Below the pieces are notes generated by a model. It did no database searches, was not told where the DNA came from, and saw only the letters and a program-made list of their open reading frames with translations. The position numbers and the translations under genes are program-made. Shown here one piece after another: positions 40,167 to 49,700 of a stretch of DNA of 64,000 nucleotides. Source of the DNA: Candidatus Cloacimonadales bacterium (GTDB taxonomy: Bacteria > Cloacimonadota > Cloacimonadia > Cloacimonadales > JAFGVF01); contig OY762964.1 of the NCBI GenBank assembly GCA_963667035.1, positions 256,001-320,000 on the forward strand, read 5' to 3'. Numbering within the stretch: the stretch's first letter is position 1; each line of letters opens with the position of its first letter.

Positions 40167-42947
40167 TTATTTTAAAAGCATAGCTTTTGTTACACCTTCG
40201 TAATCGGAAGTTTTCATACGTATGAAGTAAACACCACTTGAGACGCTCTTACCTGATTCATCTTTCCCATCCCAATCAATCTGATGAAAACCTTTGTCAT
40301 AATATCTATTAATTATGTCTCTAACCTTTTTCCCTCTAACATCATAGATATTTATTATTACATTATCTCCCTCAGCAAGATTGAACGAAATCTTGGTTGA
40401 AGGGTTGAATGGGTTAGGGTAACAAGTATTAATAGCTGTTTCCTCAATAATGACCGGAGGTCCATCTTCATAATCTCCTTCTAGATTTGCTACAACAGGA
40501 CCAAAGAGATGAGTTGTGCCATCTATGTCAACGCACTCTAACCAGTACCAGTAAGAATAACCTTCAAAAACTTCACTATCAGTGAATGAGTATGTCTTTT
40601 GAGTGTTCTGAACGCTTACCGGATTAGTAATCATGACATTGATTTTATCTGATAGTTCCCATTGTTCGGTTGCTGACCTATAAAGATAATATCCACTCAC
40701 TCCGTTTTCTGTCTCAGTAATCCAAGTTATCGTTACATTTTTATCTTCAGTACTTACTGCATTAAAGAATGAAAGTTCTACAGGTAATACGGATCCTTCA
40801 ACAGCTTCACCTATTGGGAAATTGCCTTGTATACCATTATCATATTCTCCTGATGCCGAAATGCCATCATTAGGTATTGTTGCTTTTATCACATGTCCCA
40901 TTACCGCAGTATCACTTAATGATGCTGTAAAGAAAATGTAACTTTCAGTAGAAGTTATGACGGCAGATAAGCCTGTCCAAATCAGATTTGCATTAAAGTC
41001 TTTTGATGTACCTATTTGAGTAGCAGTTGAAGTGCTGAAGGTAGGATTGCTACTATGCCAAATCTTGAAAGATCCTGCATCAAAATCACTTGTAACAACA
41101 CTACCAGATATATCAATGTCAAGTTGAGTTATACTGGTAGAACCGCAATTAGTGCTTAAATCTAACCTAAAATATGGACCTTGGGAACTATGCATAACAT
41201 AATCTGAAGCATATCCTGTATAAACAGCAGGCTTTAGGTATTTCTCGGTGACTGTCAATCCGGTAAAAGAGATATCTTCATTCATGGTTATGTCACTACT
41301 ATCAATTGAAAGTGATACATTGTCAGTATCATCAACAATATTACTTAATCTCATTGCAACAAATACAAAGCCACCATTAGAATCAAATGATTGGTTGAGT
41401 CCGGTGAATGCTACTAAAGAACTGTATGGTTGGCCTGTTCCAAGTTGGCTATCAGAAGCAACATTAAAATTGGAGTCTGTACTATAGAAAAGACCAATCC
41501 CGGCAGAGTGGAAATCTGAAGCAGAAGCAGTTCCACTAAAGTTAATATCTAATGCAGAAAGAGTAGCACTAGATGAGTTTGTCATTAAGTCTAAATATGC
41601 TATGGGTTGCCAATCACCTAAAGAGTAACCGTTTAACGGTTGTCCGGAATTTGTCTCGTACCCGGTTATTGTACATGTTACTGTTACTGCTACATAATGT
41701 ACCATGCTACTAGTGAACGACGTAATACTATTACCGGCTCTATCGTGAAATTCGATTTGGAAATAATAATCAGTATCGTCTGTTAATGTATTAAAGCCTG
41801 TTACATTTTCAACTGATGTTGTGCTTGCAATTAAATTAGAACCATCAAGAGTTATAGATTTAGCACCGGAAGTATAAATCCCATCCATTTGAACAGTAGA
41901 TACTTCAACTAAAGAGGAATTAAGAATTTTTACATAAATTCCATCATCAATGGATTGTTCATCCAAGTTAAAACTGATTGATATATCAGAGCCACTACCA
42001 TCTAAAACAACTAATGAGGATGGGCGATTGATAGATGTATCATATTGAAGTATATTCCAATCAGAGACTGCCTCAGTGTTTCCTGAAATATCCCTATAAC
42101 CTATAGCAACATAATAAGTTGTTCCATTAGTTAAACTTGATGCTCCGGTAACACTATCAATATCACTATCACTAGTTGAAATCGAACTTGCATTTATCTC
42201 AAAAGTCCTTGCTCCTACAGCTTCATGAGCCGAAGATAACTCAATTGTAGTTGACGGTGATGAACCATCGGAGTTAGTAGAAAAATATAGTTTTACACTA
42301 TTAGCTAATGCAGCTTCAGTCAGTGAGTAGCTAATCCCAAGACTACTATTATCATAAGTAGGGATAGTTGTACTTGAAGGTGTAGTTAATACAGGAGCTT
42401 CTGTTGAATTATCTATGACAGTTTCCAAATAACTTTGCCAACCTGCCTCCGGACTCCCAGATGTTAATGGGTATGAACCACTTATAGCAAAATGAGAAGA
42501 GTACCTTTGAGCATTATAGATATTGAAGTCACCATCTTCACCATAAAATCCGAGCATCAATTGAAATGATTGTGCTCCGGTTACTATCGTTGGCATAGTA
42601 AATGAAAATTCTGCTGTTTTGTCAGTACCGGTTACACCAGTATATGTGAAACCTGATATGTTTATTCCTACAGAAGAAATATAAGTCCCTGAAGAAGGGA
42701 CACTACTACTGTACCAATATAATCTTACTTTATCAAGATTAGTAGAACTAAAGTATGGTCCTAATATCGACTCCATCAAGACAGGATCATATTGTACTTT
42801 GACACTAATCTGTTCGCCAGCTTCAGCTCCAAAATCAGTGGTGCCTTCGCTACCATGCATACCAATCCAGTCCAGACTAATGGATTGAGCGTAAACACTA
42901 CCTATAAATACAAGGAGTATAATAACAAACAAATACCCTTTCTTCAT
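40167..42947 (-). CDS. Secreted Ser/Thr-rich beta protein with LPVEL linker and FlgD/T9SS-type C-terminal domain
   Basis: Signal peptide; internal paired repeats; LPVELSFF; YPNPFNPSTKISF...WDGKDESGKSVSSGVYF. Confidence 0.8.
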   Translation of the reverse strand: MKKGYLFVIILLVFIGSVYAQSISLDWIGMHGSEGTTDFGAEAGEQISVKVQYDPVLMESILGPYFSSTNLDKVRLYWYSSSVPSSGTYISSVGINISGFTYTGVTGTDKTAEFSFTMPTIVTGAQSFQLMLGFYGEDGDFNIYNAQRYSSHFAISGSYPLTSGSPEAGWQSYLETVIDNSTEAPVLTTPSSTTIPTYDNSSLGISYSLTEAALANSVKLYFSTNSDGSSPSTTIELSSAHEAVGARTFEINASSISTSDSDIDSVTGASSLTNGTTYYVAIGYRDISGNTEAVSDWNILQYDTSINRPSSLVVLDGSGSDISISFNLDEQSIDDGIYVKILNSSLVEVSTVQMDGIYTSGAKSITLDGSNLIASTTSVENVTGFNTLTDDTDYYFQIEFHDRAGNSITSFTSSMVHYVAVTVTCTITGYETNSGQPLNGYSLGDWQPIAYLDLMTNSSSATLSALDINFSGTASASDFHSAGIGLFYSTDSNFNVASDSQLGTGQPYSSLVAFTGLNQSFDSNGGFVFVAMRLSNIVDDTDNVSLSIDSSDITMNEDISFTGLTVTEKYLKPAVYTGYASDYVMHSSQGPYFRLDLSTNCGSTSITQLDIDISGSVVTSDFDAGSFKIWHSSNPTFSTSTATQIGTSKDFNANLIWTGLSAVITSTESYIFFTASLSDTAVMGHVIKATIPNDGISASGEYDNGIQGNFPIGEAVEGSVLPVELSFFNAVSTEDKNVTITWITETENGVSGYYLYRSATEQWELSDKINVMITNPVSVQNTQKTYSFTDSEVFEGYSYWYWLECVDIDGTTHLFGPVVANLEGDYEDGPPVIIEETAINTCYPNPFNPSTKISFNLAEGDNVIINIYDVRGKKVRDIINRYYDKGFHQIDWDGKDESGKSVSSGVYFIRMKTSDYEGVTKAMLLK

Positions 42948-43191
42948 ACGCTTACCTTCCTTTTATTTATCACTTTAATATTATTCAAAAATCATTTCTC
43001 GCACATGTTAAAACATAATAATCAATATTTCTACCAAATCAACCTAATTCTTCCGAGAAATTTTGCCAAGTATTTTCTTTTTTTTCAAATTTTACAGAAA
43101 CTTAACCAACATTAAGAAGCCTTTATATGTTGATGTAGCTATTTTTACTTTACATATTACTAAGTATTTTTTGTTTGATACTGAGGTGATT

Positions 43192-44079
43192 ATGTATATA
43201 TTTCTAGTTTATAATAATGGAGCAGGAAATCTAAAAGCTAAGAAGCTATTTAATAGGGTAACAGAATTGTTAAGTATTCATGAAATTACTTATGATTTGT
43301 TCATTCCAAGGTACCATAAGCACGCAATTGATGAAGTACAATATAAAGAATTATCTAATTATGATGCGATTATCGCTGCCGGAGGGGATGGGACAATTTT
43401 CGAAGTAGTTAATGGTTACATGGCTAACTCATGTTTAACTAAGCCTCCATTAGGTTTTATACCCCTTGGTACAGGGAATGCTTTTACCAGAGAATTTTTT
43501 TCCGATGATAAATCTTGGGAAAAAGCGATTAAAGTGATTGCAAACAATAACATAAAGTATATTGATGTTATGAGAGCTACAAATTATAAACGGAGTTTTT
43601 ACTTTGTTGGAGTCATGGGATTTGGATTATTAACACTAGCTACAAGTATGGGAACGCCACTAAAAAAAATTGGACCATTAAGCTATGTCATCGCAGGAAT
43701 TTTTGCTTTGCTGTTACAAAAAAGTATTGAATTGGAGTTATCAATTGATAACGAGATAATCAAGACAACTTCCTTACTTTTGTGTTGCTCAAATACACAA
43801 TACATTTCAAATTTGTTAATTGCACCTAAAGCATCTCATCAGGACGGTCTTATTGATGTAGTAAATGTGAAGAATATGAGCAGATCAAAACTGCTTGGTT
43901 TAATTCCACTTGCGTTTTCCGGAAAACATGTTAACAGAAGTGAAGTGGAGTATTACAAAGCTGAAAGAGTTGCGATTGTCTCAAAACCTAAAATTATTCC
44001 TTCTCCGGATGGAGAGTTTGTTGAGAAAACTCCTATAAGTATTGAATGCTTAAAACAAATTCTTCCGGTGTTAGTCTAG
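43192..44079 (+). CDS. Diacylglycerol kinase family lipid kinase (YegS/DagK-like)
   Basis: N..AG, AAGGDGTIFEVVNG, PLGTGNAF, DG and DGE motifs. Confidence 0.9.
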   Translation: MYIFLVYNNGAGNLKAKKLFNRVTELLSIHEITYDLFIPRYHKHAIDEVQYKELSNYDAIIAAGGDGTIFEVVNGYMANSCLTKPPLGFIPLGTGNAFTREFFSDDKSWEKAIKVIANNNIKYIDVMRATNYKRSFYFVGVMGFGLLTLATSMGTPLKKIGPLSYVIAGIFALLLQKSIELELSIDNEIIKTTSLLLCCSNTQYISNLLIAPKASHQDGLIDVVNVKNMSRSKLLGLIPLAFSGKHVNRSEVEYYKAERVAIVSKPKIIPSPDGEFVEKTPISIECLKQILPVLV

Positions 44080-44861
44080 CTTGTTATTACAACTTCTAAA
44101 ATTCTAAAGAACTCATCTTTTGCTTCTTTTTCTCTCCAAGGATCATGTCCACAATTCTCTAATAGATAGAATTCATAATCCAAATCAGTCTCAAATAGAG
44201 GAAAATATACCCCTTCCCATGGATGGGGATCCCAATCACCATGGATAGCAATAATTTTACACTTTACTTGTAGCAACTTACTTATTAGTTTACCACTCTC
44301 TCTTAAAGCTGATGCTTCTCCCCAGACTTTAGTATGAATCTCAAAATTGAAGCCTTTGTCTTGAAATTTTTCTTCTAGTGGATTATAATTATCGTTCATA
44401 CATAAATATGAAGCATATTCCATGAACAATTTATCTTTAGCCTCATTTGGCAATGTTGCCATTTTTTCTTGTATTTTTTCAATTGCTTGTTTATCTTCAT
44501 CTGTCAATCTTGAGATTCTTGTTGGTGTTATAGATTTGGCATAAGAACACTGGAAAGGTCCACTACCAACTAAAATAAGCTTGTAAGTTAGTTCTGGATA
44601 TTTCGCAGATAATAGGATAATCAACCAAGCCCCCCAAGAATGTCCAATTAACACAACAGGAATCTCTGCATATTGTTTAATTAAAGATGCTAATTCCTCA
44701 ATTTGAGAATCGATACTAAACTTGGTCTGGATTGCTTCAATCACACCAAACCGTTGTTTTAAAGCATCAGCTATTGCTTCTAATCCTCCATTAGCTCCAG
44801 GTCCTCCATGAACAAGAATAACCTTGTATGGCATACTCCCATGTAATATCACATTACCCAT
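44076..44861 (-). CDS. Alpha/beta hydrolase
   Basis: HGGPG, GHSWG nucleophile, HGDWD and GH motifs. Confidence 0.9.
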   Translation of the reverse strand: MGNVILHGSMPYKVILVHGGPGANGGLEAIADALKQRFGVIEAIQTKFSIDSQIEELASLIKQYAEIPVVLIGHSWGAWLIILLSAKYPELTYKLILVGSGPFQCSYAKSITPTRISRLTDEDKQAIEKIQEKMATLPNEAKDKLFMEYASYLCMNDNYNPLEEKFQDKGFNFEIHTKVWGEASALRESGKLISKLLQVKCKIIAIHGDWDPHPWEGVYFPLFETDLDYEFYLLENCGHDPWREKEAKDEFFRILEVVITS

Positions 44862-44943
44862 AACTTATCACCTTTTTACAGATTTTCATTGCCAGAGTTA
44901 TAATTCTTGTAATAATGCATTTTGAAAAGGAATTTATTATATC

Positions 44944-46023
44944 ATGGTTTTTAGTTATTATCTCATAAAAATACCGTATTGCATAGCATGGTATACTCTT
45001 AGAATATTCAGACGTAAAAGAAAAGGTTACTTTTATTGTGGCGATTTATTTGATATTGAGATTTTCAAATCTGTAAGCAAGTTTTTAGCAACAATTCCGG
45101 TAATTGCGAAAAACAAGAAAGTTAAAGAACAGCTTTCTAAAATGGGTATTAACTCTATATTACTTCCTCGCTTTCCCGATTATGTTATTATGACTAGACA
45201 TGCTGCCCATAAATTTCCTTGTAATAGAATTACTCGCATTGGAATGCGGCATGGTCCATATCATTTCAAAAATTATACTAATGCATCTAACTATAACATG
45301 TTTGATGTATACTTTATGACTAGTCCTGAGGATGTTAGAATTGGCTCTAAAAAAGGAATTAAGAGTGCTATCGGAGTCGGCTACCCTAAACTTGATTGTG
45401 CTTTCGATGGAACTTATACTCAGGATTATCTAGATTCCATAAGGCAAGAGTATTGTTTGGTTAAGCATAAACCTACCGTACTTTTTTCTGCTACATGGGA
45501 AGGATCCGGTATGTCAGCAATTGATAGATGGGCTAATAAATTATCATCACTCACTTCAAAATACAATGTGCTTGTTACTCTACACCCTTGGGTAAGTGAT
45601 AACTATCGTGAAATTATCTCTTTAACTGAGGGGGTTGTTGTAATTGAAGATAATGATCTAGTGCCTTGGATTATGATTTCTGATATATGTGTAGGTGATA
45701 CATCTTCAGTTCTTGCTGAGTTTTCAGCATTAAACAAACCAGTTATTACTTTTAAAGTACAACGAGCAAATAGACTTACTGAAGAGATAATCAAACTACT
45801 TGACTTCTTCACATATAGAGTAGACACTTTTGATGAGTTACGAATAAAATTAAGAGAAGTTATTCATACTGATAATTTAGATCAAGCAAGAATTCAAGCT
45901 AATAGGATAATGTTCAATCATTTGGATGGCTCAGCAGGATTAAGGATAGCTTCAACTATTGTTAAGTTAATACCTGAGTTAAAACTTCCACAGATTGATT
46001 ATTACTTGGAAAATGTTGATTGA
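44944..46023 (+). CDS. CDP-glycerol glycerophosphotransferase (TagB/TagF-like) family protein
   Basis: HG, GYPKLD, LFSATW, LHP and DTSSVLAEF..LNKPVI motifs. Confidence 0.8.
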   Translation: MVFSYYLIKIPYCIAWYTLRIFRRKRKGYFYCGDLFDIEIFKSVSKFLATIPVIAKNKKVKEQLSKMGINSILLPRFPDYVIMTRHAAHKFPCNRITRIGMRHGPYHFKNYTNASNYNMFDVYFMTSPEDVRIGSKKGIKSAIGVGYPKLDCAFDGTYTQDYLDSIRQEYCLVKHKPTVLFSATWEGSGMSAIDRWANKLSSLTSKYNVLVTLHPWVSDNYREIISLTEGVVVIEDNDLVPWIMISDICVGDTSSVLAEFSALNKPVITFKVQRANRLTEEIIKLLDFFTYRVDTFDELRIKLREVIHTDNLDQARIQANRIMFNHLDGSAGLRIASTIVKLIPELKLPQIDYYLENVD

Positions 46024-46696
46024 TTCACATTGCCATTTGTCCCATTTCGATAATCTTGATATTATTCTTCAAGATGCATATAGAAATGGAGTTAAGAAGA
46101 TTGTTACTAATGCATTGAATGAAAAAGAACTGATAGAATGTGATAACTCCTATGGTATAGAAATTGTTCAGTATGCAGGAGTACATCCTTACTCCAGGGA
46201 TATGTATAAGAGCTTGTTTGATAAACTTCCAGAATTGATTGAATTAAAGAAGATAAGGGGAATAGGAGAGGTCGGACTGGATTCTAGAGATAATAATCCG
46301 GCTTTTCAAAAAGAGTTATTGTGTAATCAATTGGATATAGCAGTTCAATATGATATTCCTGTTTCATTTCATTGTGTTAGGAAATATTATGAGTTAGCCG
46401 GGATTATTAAAAAGAGTTTCCCCAATGTAAGAGGTACACTTCACGGGTTTATAGGAAGCAAAGAAATTACTGATTTGTTTTTTCCATACAACATAAGATT
46501 TGGTATACATCCGGGAGTTCTTAGTTCAAGAAAAACACTTAGACAGTTATTATCATTATCAATTGCTAAAAAGCTATCTCTTGAAACAGATGCTCCATAT
46601 TCTCATCATAAGAATTATCAAATGGACATTATCCCATATACTACATTAAAACGATTTTGTTCACATTTATCTAGTGAATACGGTATCAACATCTGA
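46013..46696 (+). CDS. TatD family hydrolase
   Basis: IDSHCHL, GVHP, IGEVGLD, FHC, LHGF and ETDAPY motifs. Confidence 0.88.
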   Translation: MLIDSHCHLSHFDNLDIILQDAYRNGVKKIVTNALNEKELIECDNSYGIEIVQYAGVHPYSRDMYKSLFDKLPELIELKKIRGIGEVGLDSRDNNPAFQKELLCNQLDIAVQYDIPVSFHCVRKYYELAGIIKKSFPNVRGTLHGFIGSKEITDLFFPYNIRFGIHPGVLSSRKTLRQLLSLSIAKKLSLETDAPYSHHKNYQMDIIPYTTLKRFCSHLSSEYGINI

Positions 46697-46713
46697 TATG
46701 TTAATGCATAATT

Positions 46714-46745
46714 ATAAAAGCCCCTGATTTTCAGGGGCTTTATTT
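46714..46745. terminator. Bidirectional intrinsic terminator
   Basis: AAAGCCCCTGA-TTT-TCAGGGGCTTT between convergent genes. Confidence 0.88.
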
Positions 46746-46762
46746 ATTTAGACGATTTTAGA

Positions 46763-49700
46763 CTACTTTATAAGTATCATCTTTCGTGATTTAGTATAAG
46801 TTCCAGAATGCATTTTATAGAAATAAACACCACTGGATACTTGTTTCCCGTTATTATCGATACCATTCCATACAACACTATGATGACCAGCATTGAAATC
46901 ACCGTCAGCCACAGTTGCTATTCTCTGACCTTTGATATTATAAACATCAATTGTTACAGGTGAGTTTTCTTTAAGGTCGAAGTTAATGGTGGTTTCCGGA
47001 TTGAATGGGTTAGGATAGTTACCACATAGGGCTGTTCTATCTGGGATAGCAACTTGTCCGTGTGAATCAAGTGTTGCACCGTTATTCATAACTTCAATAT
47101 CATCGATCATTAGGAAGAATGTTTCATCGGATATACAGTGGAAAGCAACACGAATCAGTTGAGTGGCATAATTATCAAGTTCGATATGATGCAGACTCCA
47201 TTCTTGAGATGCTTCGATTGGAGAATCTCCAGAAATAACTGTGAAGTCCTCAGGTTCATTTCCTCCGTTAGAGATTGCTACTTCAATAAGTTCAGGTCCA
47301 AACTGAGTTGTATATGAACGAACTTTGAAGTTAAGATAAGCAGTCTCATTGGTTAACTGAATCTTAGGAGTGATTAACCAGTCATCATTAGGACCGGATT
47401 CTGCAGAGAAGCAAGCCCCGTATTTATCTCCACTAAATGCATCAGCAAATTGTAGTGGTGGAGTTGTACTACTTGGATTGAATATGATAAATGACATTGG
47501 GTCAGTATCACCAGGGAATGAAATTCCGTTAGTAAAGCCAAATGTATCTTCTCCATCAACATCAAGAAGAGTCCAGTATTGCATAGAAGTTGCAAAATCA
47601 TCATAGCTTTCGAAATCTTCTGCTATAATAGGAGGATCAACTCCTATAAATGTTACCATCACTGAATCACTGGCTACAGATTCGCCGGCAGGTGCTGAGT
47701 ATATGGCTGTTATCTTGTATTCATATGTTTCATCAATTACTGGTGTTGTGTCAAGATAGAATAAAGATGTAACAGGATCAGTATTTATGATCGAATCATC
47801 ACGGTAGACATTGTAACCTTCAAGCTGTCTTGTTGCCGGGATAGGAGCTCCCCAAGTAAGATTAACTCCTTGATAAGTAATTGTATAGGCTAGATTTATC
47901 GGTTCATCAAATCCGGAAGGTCTAACAGGATTATCTGTTGAAATCCAAAGTTTGTAATCTCCTGTACTCCAACGAGTAGTTGGTTCTGTTGGTTCAGGAT
48001 GCTGTTCCAATATTTGATTATCTTTAGCCTTAGCTTTATTTATAGAGGAAGTTAATGTATTCTTATTACTACCAGCAAAACTATCATTTTTCGAAACTCT
48101 AACCTCTTCTTCTTCCGGTGAGTTATCGCTTCTGGCAATTCTGAGATAATAGAAACCGGAGGCTTCTGTATCGTCCGGTACATTATATACAATATGAGGA
48201 TTCATATTATCATTCCAACTATCATCATCAAAATCTACTGCCGAGAATTCATCTATGTCCATATTAGCTTCATCATAAGGACCATACAAGAATGCTGCTA
48301 AATCAATTGTTGAACCATTAGCGTTCTCGGTATGGATATCCAGTTCAGCAGGGGCTGTTTGCCAGAATACATACCAATCAACATCTGTTTCTGGCTGAAT
48401 AATTGCTTCATATTCCTCTACAAGGTCATCGTATAAAGCAAATTCAATCGCTTGAGTTGATGAATCGTTGGTATCTTGAACAAATCCGTAACCATGAAGA
48501 GATATCTCGTACGTATTACGAACTTCTTCTTCAGGAACAAAGTCATCTACAATAGTCAACATTCCTGTTTTATGACCTACAGATGTAGGAGAAAAAACTA
48601 TGTCCATTGTTGCTTGGGTTCCTTGAGCTATACTCAAAGGATAAGTATTATTGTCAGTAATCTCGAATTGATCGATATCATCTCCGGTTAGTGTAGGTTG
48701 ATTGGCTATCACTATAGTAGTATCAGTAAAGTTACGCATCCTCAGTTGGAATACATCTGAATCATCGTTTACTGTCACAACATTAAACTCAATGTCAGTT
48801 GGTATCATCAAGCCGTTTCCTCCATCGGAAAGATCGCCTGGTGTCTGTGCATAGCAAATAGCCATTGGATCATTGATAGGACCACCAACACCGTTATTTC
48901 TATATTGATGTCCGATTGTACCGTCTGCATTTTCAATTCCTACACAAGTATCTCCGATAATGGAATTTAAATCTATATCTCCATTAGGGTTAACATAGTT
49001 ACGATATTGAATTTTAATTCTTCCACTCTGATAAAGGATAACCTGAACGTCTATATACTCAGCAGGGTCATTGTAATCATCATACATTAAGGCTGTATAT
49101 ACAAAATTACCCTCTTCATCATTACCATAAGTAAGAGTAGATGGAATATCCTCCGGATCAGAGTCCATAGCCAAGAATGCTATTAAATCATTAGGAGCTT
49201 CACTATTAGGTATTGCTAGATTGGTATGTGCAACATGATTAGAATTATAATTAGAGAACTGTATTGTTCCATTAGAACAAATTGATAGTTCTGTGTAGTC
49301 ATTTCCAAAGAAGTTAAAAGTAAATCCAATAGGAACAGTCCAATAGCCATCATCGTAGCTTCCTGTCGTTATATTTGCACCATTAAGAGTTGTTTCATTA
49401 TCCGATATTTCAACCCATTCAAATAGCGGCTGATGTCCAAGTCCATTACCGGCATCAGTACTATTGGCAAAGTAATAACCTCCATATAAAGTACCATCTC
49501 CGCCATAGTTCTGATTAGAGTTAGTAGTAAATGACCAGATAGGACAATTTATTGCATCTCCAACAAAGTTGTAAGGAACAATTTGCCAGTAATATGTTGT
49601 TTCGAACTGAAGAGGTGTGGTAACTTCATATGAGGTAACTAAACCTAAATCCAAGCCGTTATTAATATCGGTTGGAGGATTATCTGATCCCAAGTATAGT

